Shown: positions 8,553 through 18,408, numbered from the stretch's first letter. The stretch is DNA of 64,000 nucleotides from Actinomycetota bacterium (GCA_036123585.1 JAZADN010000047.1:17375-81374), one strand, 5' to 3'. Numbers and translations: made by a program. The notes: generated from the sequence alone by a model not told the origin.

Positions 8553-8660
8553 GTGGCGGCCAGGTGATCTGCGGCACTCCGGGGATTCCGCTGAGAGCTG
8601 CTGCCTTCCGGCCCTGACTCGGTTCACGGGTCCCGGTCGCACAGGACCCGACCGCCACAC
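8553..8660 (-). ncRNA. ffs: signal recognition particle RNA (small/4.5S type)
   Basis: The minus strand contains GAGUCAGGGCC-GGAA-GGCAGCAGCUC, the conserved helix-8 motif with a GNRA tetraloop. The 5' GUGGCGG pairs with the 3' CCGCCAC. The ends are approximate. Confidence 0.75.
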
Positions 8661-8722
8661 TCCAGAACGGGTGCTCCGCAACGATACCCTTGGCGCCCGG
8701 ATCTGGGCTCCGGCCGGGTCCT

Positions 8723-8812
8723 GGAGGGATGCGAGAGCGGACGATTCGGCACGCCTGGAACGCGTGTGTGGCTTTACGGTCACCGTGGGTTCGAATCCCA
8801 CTCCCTCCGCCA
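8723..8812 (+). tRNA. tRNA-Ser (anticodon GGA)
   Basis: GGAGGGA...CACGC-CUGGAAC-GCGUG..., with a long variable arm, GTGGGTTCGAATCCCAC T-arm, TCCCTCC-G-CCA end. 90 nt. Confidence 0.9.
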
Positions 8813-8860
8813 AAGCTCCGGCCAGCGGCTGCCGTCCGACCCCCGCTGTAGGGTCGGCCC

Positions 8861-10672
8861 GTGGCCTACACGTCGCTCTACCGCCGGTACCGGCCCCGCC
8901 GATTCGCCGAGGTGCGGGGCCAGGAGCATGTGGTGGCCGCCCTGCGCAACGCGGTGGCCGGCGACCGCGTCCTCCACGCCTACCTGCTGAGTGGGCCTCG
9001 GGGCACCGGCAAAACCACGGCGGCCCGGATCCTCGCCAAGGCGCTGAATTGCACGACTCCCGAGGGTGGCGAGCCGTGTTGTGCTTGCCCTTCGTGCGAG
9101 GCCGTAGACGACGGCACATCGTTCGACCTACACGAGCTTGACGCGGCGTCCAACAACAAGGTCGACGACATGCGAGACCTGTTGGCCAAGGTGGCTCTGG
9201 GCACCCCAGGTAGGACCAAGGTGTACCTCCTAGACGAGGTCCACATGCTCACCTCGGGGGCCGAGAACGCCCTGCTCAAGACTCTGGAGGAGCCGCCCGA
9301 CCACGTGGTCTTCGTGCTGGCCACCACTGAACCCCACAAGGTCGTCGAGACCATCCGCAGCCGGTCCCAGCACCTCGAACTGAACCTCCTGCCCGCCGAC
9401 CAGTTGGAGTCGCTGGCTCGCGACGTGGTGGCCGACGCCGGCCTGGACGTCGACGACGCCGGCATCGCCCATGCGGTGCGGGCTGGCCGGGGCTCGGCCC
9501 GCGACACTCTGTCGGCACTGGACCGGGTGGTGGCCGGCGGGGTGGGCGATGACGACGGCGTCGTCCGCGGCCTGCTGGAGGCCCTGGTCGCCGGTGATAC
9601 CGGGGCTGCCATGGCCGCGCTGGCTGCCGGCATCGGCCGCGGACGCGAGCCCCGGGTGACCGGGGAGGCGTTACTCGCCGCTCTGCGGGAGGCCTTTCTG
9701 GTGGCCATGGGCGTGCCGCCGACGCAGTTGGCGGAGGCCGACCGGGAACGGGCCGAGTGGTTCGCTGCCGAGGTCACGCCGGCCGTCATCACCCGGGCCC
9801 TCGAGGTGCTGGGCGCCGCCCTAGTCGACATGCGCCGATCGCCGGACCCCCGTGTCGACCTGGAGGTGGCTCTGGTCCGGCTCACCGCCGGTGTCTCGTC
9901 GACCGGTGGGTCGGCGTCAGGTGGGAGCCCGGCCGAAGCAGCGGAGATCGCCGAACTGACCCGCCGCGTCGAACAGCTGGAGGCCGCGGTCGCGTCGGGT
10001 GTCTCCGGGGGTGCTGCCGCAACCGGGTCCGGAGGGACGCTGACGCCTCCGCCCCGTTCCCCGAGCGGTCCTGCCGCCGCGGGCCGGGCCCGCCTGGCCG
10101 AGGCGAAGGCCACCCCACCGCCGCCTCCACCAGCGCCGGAGCCTTCGGCGGCCACGCCGACCCCCGTTCCTGAGGCCCCCGCGCCTCTCGCTGATAACAC
10201 ACCGGCCGCCGTTGCGGAACCGGCGACAGCGGCGTCCGCCGGCGGTTCCGTGCCGACCCGAGACGAGTTGGTTCTGGCCTGGGCCGACGACCTCCTCGAC
10301 CAGATGAGCCGAAAGTGCCGGGCACGGTTCGCCGCCGGCCGGTTCACCGCTGTGGAGGACGGCACGGCGGTCATGGCCTTGCCCAACGAACCGCACCGCA
10401 GGCGGTGCGAGGACATCCGTGACGAGTTGGAAGCCGTGCTGGCTTCCCACTTCGGTGCGGCGGTCCCAGTCCGCTTGGTGGTCGACGACGGGTCGACCCC
10501 GGCGAGCGCCGCACCGGCCTCTGTGGCGCCGGCTGCGCCAGTCGCGTCCGAGCCGCAGGCCGATGATGAAGTGGACCTGTCGGACCTCGTCGACGCGGAC
10601 GCCGCTGAGGGTTCAGCGGTCGACGCCGTGACCCGAGCTTTCCCTGGCGCCACCCTCGTCGATCCGGACTGA
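8861..10672 (+). CDS. dnaX: DNA polymerase III subunit gamma/tau
   Basis: N-terminus [18 protein letters not shown]...[12 protein letters not shown]..., a zinc module CxxCxxC, and a low-complexity Ala/Pro linker. Confidence 0.95.
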   Translation: MAYTSLYRRYRPRRFAEVRGQEHVVAALRNAVAGDRVLHAYLLSGPRGTGKTTAARILAKALNCTTPEGGEPCCACPSCEAVDDGTSFDLHELDAASNNKVDDMRDLLAKVALGTPGRTKVYLLDEVHMLTSGAENALLKTLEEPPDHVVFVLATTEPHKVVETIRSRSQHLELNLLPADQLESLARDVVADAGLDVDDAGIAHAVRAGRGSARDTLSALDRVVAGGVGDDDGVVRGLLEALVAGDTGAAMAALAAGIGRGREPRVTGEALLAALREAFLVAMGVPPTQLAEADRERAEWFAAEVTPAVITRALEVLGAALVDMRRSPDPRVDLEVALVRLTAGVSSTGGSASGGSPAEAAEIAELTRRVEQLEAAVASGVSGGAAATGSGGTLTPPPRSPSGPAAAGRARLAEAKATPPPPPPAPEPSAATPTPVPEAPAPLADNTPAAVAEPATAASAGGSVPTRDELVLAWADDLLDQMSRKCRARFAAGRFTAVEDGTAVMALPNEPHRRRCEDIRDELEAVLASHFGAAVPVRLVVDDGSTPASAAPASVAPAAPVASEPQADDEVDLSDLVDADAAEGSAVDAVTRAFPGATLVDPD

Positions 10673-10682
10673 GGACGGGCCG

Positions 10683-11285
10683 GTGTACGCGGACGCAGTC
10701 CAGGCGGTGATCGATGAGCTGGGGCGCCTTCCGGGCATCGGCCCCAAGTCAGCTCAGAGGCTGGCTTTCCACCTCATGAAGCTCCCGACCGAGGACACGG
10801 CGCGCCTGACAGCGGCTATCGACGAGATGAAAGCCCGGGTCCGGTTTTGCTCCCGCTGCTTCAACGTGGCCGAGGCCGAACTGTGCCCGGTGTGCGTTGA
10901 CGACCGCCGGGACGCTTCGGTGCTTTGCGTGGTTGAGGAGCCCCGTGACGTGGTGGCCGTGGAGCGCACCGGCGAGTTCGGGGGCCGCTACCACGTGCTG
11001 GGTGGGGCCATCAGCCCCATCGAGGGAATCGGTCCCGACCAACTGCGGGTCCGGGAGTTACTGGCCCGTCTCGACGACGAGGGGGTGGGTGAGGTGATCC
11101 TGGCCACCAACCCGAACATCGAGGGCGAAGCGACCGCCATGTACTTGGCCCGCCTGCTCGATCCGCTCGGGGTCGAGGTGACCAAGATCGCCAGCGGCTT
11201 GCCGGTGGGGGGCGACCTGGAGTACGCCGACGAGCTGACGCTGGGTCGGGCGCTGGAGGGTCGGCGGAAGCTGGACGGCGGCTGA
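10683..11285 (+). CDS. recR: recombination protein RecR
   Basis: [16 protein letters not shown] helix-hairpin-helix, [16 protein letters not shown] zinc finger, and a Toprim region. Confidence 0.95.
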   Translation: MYADAVQAVIDELGRLPGIGPKSAQRLAFHLMKLPTEDTARLTAAIDEMKARVRFCSRCFNVAEAELCPVCVDDRRDASVLCVVEEPRDVVAVERTGEFGGRYHVLGGAISPIEGIGPDQLRVRELLARLDDEGVGEVILATNPNIEGEATAMYLARLLDPLGVEVTKIASGLPVGGDLEYADELTLGRALEGRRKLDGG

Positions 11286-11333
11286 TGGGCCTGGTGATCA
11301 CTTTGGAGCCTGTGGACGACCGGCCTGAAACGT

Positions 11334-11378
11334 GGAAACGCCCCTTGGGGGCTTCCATCTCCCCAAGGGGCCGTTTCC
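11334..11378 (+). terminator. long hairpin downstream of recR (possible intrinsic terminator without U-tract)
   Basis: GGAAACGCCCCTTGGGG-(10 nt)-CCCCAAGGGGCCGTTTCC. Confidence 0.4.
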
Positions 11379-11486
11379 GAGTTGGGTGGAGGGGTGGTTC
11401 CCAACTGTTGCGATCACATTACGACAGTGACGACCTCATTACAAGTCAGGCCCTGATAGAGGGTGGATCGACATCTAAGCCGGCTC

Positions 11487-11555
11487 TTATCCACAGCTTT
11501 GTCTACTGCTTCGTCCACAGAGCAGTCCCGAGGTCTACCCACAACCTTGTCCACA
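11487..11555 (+). promoter_or_regulatory. array of four DnaA-box-like 9-mers
   Basis: TTATCCACA (11487-95, perfect E. coli consensus), TCGTCCACA (11511-19), CTACCCACA (11535-43), TTGTCCACA (11547-55, actinobacterial consensus). All are in the same orientation. The CCACA cores are spaced 24, 24 and 12 nt apart, in a visibly lower-GC intergenic region. Confidence 0.5.
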
Positions 11556-11628
11556 ACCTTGCCAACCCGACGGGGCGACAGACCGAAGCTGTCAACGAAC
11601 GACCCGTGGACCGGCCGGAGGGAGACCC

Positions 11629-12030
11629 ATGCTGCTGACCCAGATCGACCACGTGGCCATCGCCGTCCACGACCTCGAAGCCGCCATCGACTATCACCGG
11701 CGGGCCTTCGGCGCCGAGGTCTGCCACCGGGAGGTCGTCGAACGCGACGGTGTCGACGAGGCGTTGATCCGGGTCGGGGAGTCGTATCTCCAACTCACCA
11801 CCGGTACCAGGCCCGACTCGGCCATCACGACCTTCCTCGCCAAGCGCGGTGAAGGTATCCACCACGTCGGGTACAGGGTCGATGACTGCGCTGAGGCCCT
11901 GGCCGCCATTGTGGCCGCCGGCGGCCGTGCCATCGACCCCGAACCCCGCCCGGGATCGCGGGGGACCACCGTGGCCTTCGTCCACCCCAAGGGTTCGTTC
12001 GGCACCCTCATCGAGTTGGTCCAGGAGTGA
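11629..12030 (+). CDS. mce: methylmalonyl-CoA epimerase (VOC/glyoxalase fold)
   Basis: IDHVAIAVHDLEAAIDYHRRAFG...GEGIHHVGYRVDD...HPKGSFGTLIELVQ. RBS GGAGGGAG. Confidence 0.8.
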   Translation: MLLTQIDHVAIAVHDLEAAIDYHRRAFGAEVCHREVVERDGVDEALIRVGESYLQLTTGTRPDSAITTFLAKRGEGIHHVGYRVDDCAEALAAIVAAGGRAIDPEPRPGSRGTTVAFVHPKGSFGTLIELVQE

Positions 12031-12935
12031 CCGGACCCGCCAACCCGATCCCTGTCGTCCACCTAGTCGACGGAACCTACGAGCTGTTCCGGCACCACTT
12101 CGCGGTGCCGTCGCATGTCACAGCGGAGGGTGTTGAGGTGGCGGCCACCCGGGCCGTCCTCGGTTCGATGCTCCGCCTCCTGGGCGAGGGCGCCACCCAC
12201 GTGGGCGTGGCCACCGACCGGGTCGTCGAGTCCTTCCGCAACGAGTTGTTCGACGGCTACAAGACCGGCGAGGGCACCCCGCCCGAGTTGTTCGCCCAGT
12301 TCCCCCTGCTCGAGGCGGCTCTCGAGGCGTTCGGCCTCACCGTGTTCGCAATGGTCGAGCACGAGGCAGACGATGCCCTGGCTGCCGCCGCCGTGAGGGC
12401 CGCCGCCGACCCGCGGGTGGATGCCGTTCACGTCTGCACCCCCGACAAGGACCTAGCCCAGGTCGTCGACGATGCGGCGGGCATCGCGCAGGTGGACCGT
12501 CGGAAGGAGGTTCGCTACGACCGGGCCGGTGTGGTCGAAAAGTTCGGAGTCGAACCGTCGTCAATTCCCGACTGGCTGGCCCTGGTCGGCGACACGGCCG
12601 ACGGCATCCCCGGCCTCCCGGGCTGGGGGGCCAAATCAGCCTCGACGGTGCTGGCCTGCTATGGCCACCTCGAGAACATCCCCGACGACCCCGAGGCTTG
12701 GGACGTCACTGTCCGCGGCGGCCCTCGCCTCGCCGCCACTCTGGCCGAGCAGCGAACCGATGCCGAGTTGTACCGGCGCCTGGCCACTCTCGACCTCGAC
12801 GCCCCCGTCATGGACGACGTGGAAGACCTCCGTTGGACTGGGCCCGCCGAGCACCTCGACGCGGTGTGTGCCCACCTGGATGCCCAGAGGGTGGCTGAGA
12901 GGGCCCGCCGCCTGGCCGCGGAGCGAACCGGCTGA
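12027..12935 (+). CDS. 5'-3' exonuclease / flap endonuclease-like protein
   Basis: PIN-like N-terminus (HLVDGTYELFR, EADDALAA) and H3TH motif (GDTADGIPGLPGWGAKSAS). Confidence 0.8.
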   Translation: MTGPANPIPVVHLVDGTYELFRHHFAVPSHVTAEGVEVAATRAVLGSMLRLLGEGATHVGVATDRVVESFRNELFDGYKTGEGTPPELFAQFPLLEAALEAFGLTVFAMVEHEADDALAAAAVRAAADPRVDAVHVCTPDKDLAQVVDDAAGIAQVDRRKEVRYDRAGVVEKFGVEPSSIPDWLALVGDTADGIPGLPGWGAKSASTVLACYGHLENIPDDPEAWDVTVRGGPRLAATLAEQRTDAELYRRLATLDLDAPVMDDVEDLRWTGPAEHLDAVCAHLDAQRVAERARRLAAERTG

Positions 12936-12951
12936 GGCGACGGCTGCCCGG

Positions 12952-13548
12952 TCAGCCGGCGAGTGCCACTGCCTCGGTCACCGACCCGACCCGGTAGACG
13001 ATCGACCGGTTCTCCGGCTTAACGAAACCGTCGGCCACCGCCCGGTCCAGGAACGCCTCCAGCCCCGACCAGAAGCCGACAGTGCCGTCACACCCCGTTC
13101 CATGGGTGGGTCCTCCATCCAACAGGGCAACCGGCTTGGGGCGGTCGTGGAGTCCGAGCTGGGTCCATGTGGCCGCTTCGAATACCTCCTCGAGGGTGCC
13201 GTAGCCGCCGGGCAGGGCGCAGAAGGCGTCAGACCGTTCGTACATGAGCCTCTTGCGCTCGTGCATGCTGGCCACCTCGATCCGCTCGGTCAGGCCCTCG
13301 TGGGGGACCTCCTGGCTGAAGAGCCCCAAGGGGATTACTCCCACTGCACGGCCACCGGCCTCGAGCACCGCGTCGGCCAGGGTGCCCATCACTCCGACGC
13401 CGGCCCCGCCGTAGACGAGGTCCACACCTGCGGCGGCCAGTGCCTCACCCAGATCACGGGCCAAGGCGTGGACGGTGTCGTCGGTGCCTGGCCGTGATCC
13501 GCAGAACACGCCCAGGGCAGCGGTGGGGCTGGCGGCGTCATCGGCCAT
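12952..13548 (-). CDS. LOG-family protein (cytokinin riboside 5'-monophosphate phosphoribohydrolase-like, TIGR00730 type)
   Basis: [11 protein letters not shown] and PGGYGTLEE motifs. Only the C-terminal 198 codons of the 733-aa track ORF are credible. Confidence 0.85.
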   Translation of the reverse strand: MADDAASPTAALGVFCGSRPGTDDTVHALARDLGEALAAAGVDLVYGGAGVGVMGTLADAVLEAGGRAVGVIPLGLFSQEVPHEGLTERIEVASMHERKRLMYERSDAFCALPGGYGTLEEVFEAATWTQLGLHDRPKPVALLDGGPTHGTGCDGTVGFWSGLEAFLDRAVADGFVKPENRSIVYRVGSVTEAVALAG

Positions 13549-13614
13549 CACCGAACGGTACCGTCGGGGCCGACGCCGGGGGGGCACGATGCCTACCGGT
13601 ACGCTCAGGCCACC

Positions 13615-15171
13615 ATGGTCGATCACACGATGAGCGAACGTCTGGCCGAGCTTAACGAGCGACGGGAGGCGGCCATCCACGCCGGTCCTGAGCGGGCCGT
13701 CCAACGCCAGCACGACAAGGGCAAGATGTTGGCCCGCGAGCGGATCGACTACCTGCTCGACCCCGGCTCTTTCCACGAACTGGACATGCTGGCCCGCCAC
13801 CGGGCGCACGAGAGCGGAATCGCCGAGCGGCCCTACACCGACGGTGTCATCACCGGCTGGGGCACCATCGATGGTCGCAAGGTCTTCCTGTTCTCCCAAG
13901 ACTTCACCGTGTTCGGCGGCGCCCTCGGCGAGGTGTTCGCCGAGAAGATCCACAAGGTCATGGACTTGGCCCTCAGCGTCGGTGCGCCCATGATCGGCCT
14001 CAATGACGGTGCTGGCGCCCGGATTCAGGAGGGTGTGGTCAGCCTCGACGGCTACGGCGGCATCTTCTGGCGCAACGTCCAGTCGTCCGGCGTCATACCT
14101 CAGATCAGTGTCATCCTCGGTCCGTGCGCGGGCGGCGCCGTCTACAGCCCCGCTATGACGGACTTCATCTTCATGGTCCGCGAGAAGTCGCACATGTTCA
14201 TCACGGGTCCCGACGTGGTCAAGACAGTCACCGGCGAGGAGGTCACCCTCGAGGAACTGGGCGGTGCCGGCAGCCACTCCACGAAGTCGGGCGTGGCAAC
14301 CTTCGTCTTTGAGGACGAGCAGGAGGTCCTCGACGAGGTGAAGGCGCTTTTGTCCCAGCTGCCGTCCAACAACCTCGAGCAGGCCCCCATCGTCGAGACC
14401 GATGATCCGCCCGACCGGTCGTGCCCAGAGCTCAACGAGTTGATGCCGGACAGCCCCAACATGCCGTACGACATGCGGACCGTCATAGAGACGGTGCTCG
14501 ATGACGGCGATTTCCTCGAGTACCACGCTGCGTGGGCCGGCAACATCGTGTGCGGTTTCGGTCGCCTTGAAGGCCGCAGTGTGGGGGTAGTCGGCAACCA
14601 GCCCATGCACTTCGCCGGGGTGCTCGATATCGAGGCCTCGGAGAAAGCGGCCCGCTTCGTCCGGACCTGCGACGCCTTCAACGTTCCCATCGTCACCTTC
14701 GTGGACGTGCCAGGGTTCCTGCCCGGTATCGACCAGGAGTACGGAGGCATCATCCGCCACGGTGCCAAGCTGTTGTACGCCTACTGCGAGGCCACAGTGC
14801 CCCGTATCCAGGTCATCACTCGCAAGGCCTACGGCGGCGCCTATGTGGTCATGGACTCCAAGTCGGTCGGCTCCGACCTGTCGCTGGCTTGGCCGACGGC
14901 CGAGTTGGCGGTGATGGGCCCCCAGGGCGCCGTGGAGATCGTCTACCGCCGCGAACTGCAGGAGGCCACCGACCCGGATGCGCGGCGTCTTGAGTTGGTC
15001 GACGAGTACATGGAGAAGTTCGCAAACCCTTCCGTGGCTGCCGAGCGAGGCTATGTGGATGACGTCATCGACCCGGCTGACACGCGGACCAAGTTGGTGG
15101 CCGGCTTGCGGATGTTGGTAAGCAAGGACGAGGAGTCGCCCAGTCGCAAGCACGGAAACGTGCCGCTGTAG
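13615..15171 (+). CDS. pccB: acyl-CoA (propionyl-CoA) carboxylase, carboxyltransferase beta subunit
   Basis: Typical carboxyltransferase sequence throughout ([18 protein letters not shown]..., [29 protein letters not shown]). An alternative ATG lies at 13630. Confidence 0.9.
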   Translation: MVDHTMSERLAELNERREAAIHAGPERAVQRQHDKGKMLARERIDYLLDPGSFHELDMLARHRAHESGIAERPYTDGVITGWGTIDGRKVFLFSQDFTVFGGALGEVFAEKIHKVMDLALSVGAPMIGLNDGAGARIQEGVVSLDGYGGIFWRNVQSSGVIPQISVILGPCAGGAVYSPAMTDFIFMVREKSHMFITGPDVVKTVTGEEVTLEELGGAGSHSTKSGVATFVFEDEQEVLDEVKALLSQLPSNNLEQAPIVETDDPPDRSCPELNELMPDSPNMPYDMRTVIETVLDDGDFLEYHAAWAGNIVCGFGRLEGRSVGVVGNQPMHFAGVLDIEASEKAARFVRTCDAFNVPIVTFVDVPGFLPGIDQEYGGIIRHGAKLLYAYCEATVPRIQVITRKAYGGAYVVMDSKSVGSDLSLAWPTAELAVMGPQGAVEIVYRRELQEATDPDARRLELVDEYMEKFANPSVAAERGYVDDVIDPADTRTKLVAGLRMLVSKDEESPSRKHGNVPL

Positions 15172-15185
15172 GCGGCCTGCTGACG

Positions 15186-15437
15186 GTGACCGAGCAGGTA
15201 GAAGCCGAGTCGGTGGAGGCCCGGTTGGACGATGGTAGGACGCCGCCCATCCGGGTCGAGGCGCCCGGGGCGACCGAGGCGGAACTAGCGGCCATCATCG
15301 TGGCCGTCGAGGCGCTCTGGCCAGCTCCGCAGGTCGAGGTGGTGGCGCCAACTCCTCCGCCCCCGTGGCGATTCTCCGGCCGCTGGTGGCACAACGGCGA
15401 CCGCGCGCGGCGCCGCCCCTCGGTGGAGGGTCGCTAA
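15186..15437 (+). CDS. acyl-CoA carboxylase epsilon subunit
   Basis: Small ORF directly after the beta subunit. The ...AAIIVAVEALW...PPPPWRFSGRWW pattern is characteristic of actinobacterial AccE. Confidence 0.65.
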   Translation: MTEQVEAESVEARLDDGRTPPIRVEAPGATEAELAAIIVAVEALWPAPQVEVVAPTPPPPWRFSGRWWHNGDRARRRPSVEGR

Positions 15438-15450
15438 CCGAAGTGGCCGC

Positions 15451-16134
15451 TCAGCCGACCGGGCCGAAAGGCCAATCGGGCTGGTTGACGCGGAGGAGGT
15501 CGCGTAGTCGCGCCAGGTAGACAGCCCGCGATATCTCTTCAGCCCCGAGACGAGCCAGATGTGGGGTGCACCACTGGATGTCCACCAGGCTGTCGCCTCC
15601 AAAGCGCTGGAGGACCCCAACCAGGCCGCAGAGGGCGACCTTGGAGGCGTCGGTTCGGCGGTGAAACATTGACTCGCCGGCGAACAGGCCGCCGACCGAC
15701 ACTCCGTAAAGGCCCCCGGCTAGGCCGTCGTCGTCCCACGTCTCCACCGAGTGAGCCCAGCCCAACTCGTGGAGACCGGCGTACGCGGCGGCGATCCGGT
15801 CGTCGATCCAACCCCGGTCCCGCGCCGGGTCGGCGCAAGCGTCGACCACCTCGTCGAAGGCGGTGTCCACCCGGACCTCGTAACGGGCCAGGGAACGTCG
15901 CAGCGACCGACTGACCTTCAGTCCAGTGGGTTCCAGCACCCCCCGGGGATCGGGCGACCACCAGGCCATTGGGCCACCGATATCGACCGGCATGGGGAAC
16001 AAGCCGGATCGGTAAGCCGCCAGCAGGGTCCCGGGTTCGACGTCGGCTCCCACCCCGACCACGCCGTTCTGGTCGGCGGTGTCGGGCGACGGGAAGGCCC
16101 AGGGGCTGGGTGGGGGCTCGACGGATGGGGCCAC
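15451..16134 (-). CDS. aat: leucyl/phenylalanyl-tRNA--protein transferase
   Basis: GLFPMP, WWSPDPRGVL, GWAHSVE, GGLYGVSVGGLFAGESMF motifs. Confidence 0.9.
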   Translation of the reverse strand: MAPSVEPPPSPWAFPSPDTADQNGVVGVGADVEPGTLLAAYRSGLFPMPVDIGGPMAWWSPDPRGVLEPTGLKVSRSLRRSLARYEVRVDTAFDEVVDACADPARDRGWIDDRIAAAYAGLHELGWAHSVETWDDDGLAGGLYGVSVGGLFAGESMFHRRTDASKVALCGLVGVLQRFGGDSLVDIQWCTPHLARLGAEEISRAVYLARLRDLLRVNQPDWPFGPVG

Positions 16135-16167
16135 GGGGAAAGGATCGGCGTCGGTCGGTCCTGGTAC

Positions 16168-17013
16168 TCAGTCCTCTTCGATAGTGACCGAGCGGACGAA
16201 AACGTCACGGCTCGGCCCGCCGCCGTAAGGAGAAGTCTCGTCCACCTCGTAGAGGTCCATCATCCTGGCGAGCACCGCCCGGCCAGCCTCGTCGGCCTGA
16301 CCGAAGCGCAGGTAGGAGCCCTGGCTGTCTAGCAGTGACACTTTGGGTCCGGTGCCGAAGAAGAATTGGGCGCCGGAGCTATCCGGTCCGGCCGATCGGG
16401 CCATCACCAGGTTGCCTGCCTCGTAGTTGAATGGGCCGATCAGGCTGCCGCTGGTCAGTCGGAGGAACTCGCCGCCCTCGTCGGGGATGGTGTAGCCGGG
16501 GCCCGGGTCGGACCAGCTGTTGGTGTGAGGGGCGCCGCCCTGGATGATGTCGATCGACGGGTCGAAGCGAAACAGGATGGTGCCGTCGTAGTACCCGAAC
16601 CTGGTCAGGACGACGAAGTTGTTGACAGTCTCCGGGGTGGAGTGGCGGTCGAGTGCGACCCGGATCTCGCCCTCGGTGGTGTCGAACACCGCCGTGTACT
16701 CCACGCCGTTGGCCAGGCACCACGTGGGCCGGTGGGGAAACGTGAGGCGGGGACCGTCGGACTTGTCCGCAGCGGGGCATGGATCCGGGGCCGTCGGGAC
16801 GGTGGGGATGGGTGCCGCGGGTCCGTCGGAGCCGCCACCGCCCACCACGGCGATGGCCAGACTGCCCACCATCATCAGGGCTACGACGCCGGCGACGACG
16901 CGGATAGTCGTCGACCGGCTCGACCTCTGGGCCGCCCGGCCAGCACCGGTCTGGTGACTGATGGGACGTCCGCCAGTTCGACCGGCCACGGGACGACGCT
17001 TCTTGTAGGCCAT
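16168..17013 (-). CDS. membrane-anchored cyclophilin-type peptidyl-prolyl isomerase
   Basis: N-terminal TM segment followed by a cyclophilin core (TVNNFVVLTRFGYYDG..., LVMARSAGPDSSGAQFFF). Confidence 0.85.
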   Translation of the reverse strand: MAYKKRRPVAGRTGGRPISHQTGAGRAAQRSSRSTTIRVVAGVVALMMVGSLAIAVVGGGGSDGPAAPIPTVPTAPDPCPAADKSDGPRLTFPHRPTWCLANGVEYTAVFDTTEGEIRVALDRHSTPETVNNFVVLTRFGYYDGTILFRFDPSIDIIQGGAPHTNSWSDPGPGYTIPDEGGEFLRLTSGSLIGPFNYEAGNLVMARSAGPDSSGAQFFFGTGPKVSLLDSQGSYLRFGQADEAGRAVLARMMDLYEVDETSPYGGGPSRDVFVRSVTIEED

Positions 17014-17122
17014 GGGGCGGCACCCTACCGACGGTGCCCCGGGTCGGATCTATTTCGTAAGGTCAGACGGGAGGAGAATTCCGCGTCAGCCCGTCTAGGG
17101 GGCGCCGGTAGCGTGGACCCTC

Positions 17123-18340
17123 GTGGCACTCGTCGTCCAGAAGTTCGGTGGCACCTCGGTTGCGGATGCGGAACGCATGCGCGAGGTGGCCGACCACGTG
17201 GCTCGCACCGTTCGGCGTGGCGACCAGGTGGTTCTGGTCGTCTCGGCCATGGGCAAGGAGACCGACGAGTTGCTGCGCCTCGCCGTCGAGGTCTCGTCGG
17301 TCCACCCGGGCCGCGAGATGGACATGTTGATCACGGCCGGCGAACGCAAGGCCATGGCGCTGGTCTGCCTTGCCCTGCACGACATCGGCATCGACTCGGA
17401 GTCCTTCACCGGGAGCCAGGCCGGATTCCTGACCGACACCAACCACCAGAATGCCAGGATCATCGAGGTCCGTCCCGACCGGATCCGGGCCTCGCTGGCC
17501 GCCGGTCGGGTCGCCGTGTTGGGCGGCTCCCAGGGCGTCTCGACCGACAACGAGGTGACGTTCCTGGGCCGGGGAGGTTCGGACACCACGGCGGTGGCCA
17601 TCGCCCACGCACTGGGCGCCGAGTGCTGCGAGCTGTATACGGACGTGACCGGCGTCTACACCACGGATCCTCGAGTCGTCCCCACGGCCCGACGGATGTC
17701 CGCGATCTCGTTCGACGAGCTGCTGGAGATGACGGCCACCGGCTGTCCCAAGCCCTCCATGCGCTCTGTTGAATACGCCCGCACCCACGGGGTGCGCCTC
17801 CACGTCCGCTCCGCCTTCACCTGGCAGGAGGGGACCTGGGTCGACGAGGAGGAACCCAACATGGAACAGGCAATCGTCTCGGCGGTCACTCACGACACGT
17901 CAGAGGCCAAGATGACGCTCGCCGGCGTGCCCGACCGTCCCGGTGTGGCGGCCACCGTCTTCCGGGCGTTGGCTGACCAGGAGGTCAACGTGGACATGAT
18001 CGTGCAGAACGTGTCCGACCATGGGGTGACCGACATTTCGTTCACCGTCCCGCACGCCGACTTGTCGCGTGCCGTGCAACACGCCGAGCGCCTTGCCTCC
18101 GAGGTCGGCGCCACCGGTGTGACGTCGGATGACACCATTGCCCGGGTGAGTGTGGTGGGCGCCGGCATGCGGTCCAATCCTGGCGTGGCTGCAACAATGT
18201 TCGAGACGTTGTCTGCCTGCGGCGTGAACATCCAGATGATCTCGACGTCGGCCATTCGGGTCAGTTGCGTGGTTGACGGCGGACAGGTGGAGGGTGCGGT
18301 CCGGGCTCTTCACGAAGCGTTCGGGCTACACGAGGCCTGA
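17123..18340 (+). CDS. lysC: aspartate kinase (alpha subunit reading frame)
   Basis: MALVVQKFGGTSVADAERM, amino-acid kinase domain plus two ACT domains. Confidence 0.95.
   Translation: MALVVQKFGGTSVADAERMREVADHVARTVRRGDQVVLVVSAMGKETDELLRLAVEVSSVHPGREMDMLITAGERKAMALVCLALHDIGIDSESFTGSQAGFLTDTNHQNARIIEVRPDRIRASLAAGRVAVLGGSQGVSTDNEVTFLGRGGSDTTAVAIAHALGAECCELYTDVTGVYTTDPRVVPTARRMSAISFDELLEMTATGCPKPSMRSVEYARTHGVRLHVRSAFTWQEGTWVDEEEPNMEQAIVSAVTHDTSEAKMTLAGVPDRPGVAATVFRALADQEVNVDMIVQNVSDHGVTDISFTVPHADLSRAVQHAERLASEVGATGVTSDDTIARVSVVGAGMRSNPGVAATMFETLSACGVNIQMISTSAIRVSCVVDGGQVEGAVRALHEAFGLHEA
17861..18340 (+). CDS. lysC: aspartate kinase beta subunit (in-frame internal start)
   Basis: In-frame ATG at 17861 preceded by GAGGAGGAACCCAAC. 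It coincides with the start of the ACT-domain region (MEQAIVSAVTHD), as in Corynebacterium and Mycobacterium lysC alpha/beta. Confidence 0.55.
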   Translation: MEQAIVSAVTHDTSEAKMTLAGVPDRPGVAATVFRALADQEVNVDMIVQNVSDHGVTDISFTVPHADLSRAVQHAERLASEVGATGVTSDDTIARVSVVGAGMRSNPGVAATMFETLSACGVNIQMISTSAIRVSCVVDGGQVEGAVRALHEAFGLHEA

Positions 18341-18408
18341 GCGCCGTTCCGCTCGATACCCGCCCAGCGGTTTCCCCGCCCCATTCCGCCGACGAAGGCG
18401 ATCCGACC

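Noticed and set aside
8371-8658. N-terminal extension of tadA containing the GTGAFAPGLGH repeats
   Set aside because: TadA homology begins at about 8370. The extension would read through the tandem repeat and the SRP RNA gene.
8980-10653. 557-aa minus-strand ORF
   Set aside because: It is antisense to dnaX. The Ser/Ala/Arg/Pro-rich low-complexity translation is typical of high-GC shadow ORFs.
11401-11560. Chromosomal replication origin (oriC)
   Set aside because: It has only four boxes, no dnaA or dnaN nearby, and no clear AT-rich 13-mer-type unwinding repeats. I kept it as a DnaA-box array of unknown role rather than calling it oriC.
11285-11638. 117-aa plus-strand ORF in the recR-mce spacer
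   Set aside because: It spans a terminator-like hairpin, the lower-GC region and the DnaA-box array. It has no RBS and no coding-like codon bias.
12952-15153. 733-aa minus-strand ORF
   Set aside because: Most of it is antisense to the clearly recognisable acyl-CoA carboxylase beta-subunit gene and has an Arg/Gly/His-rich wrong-frame composition. Only the last 198 codons (LOG-family protein, 12952..13548) are credible.
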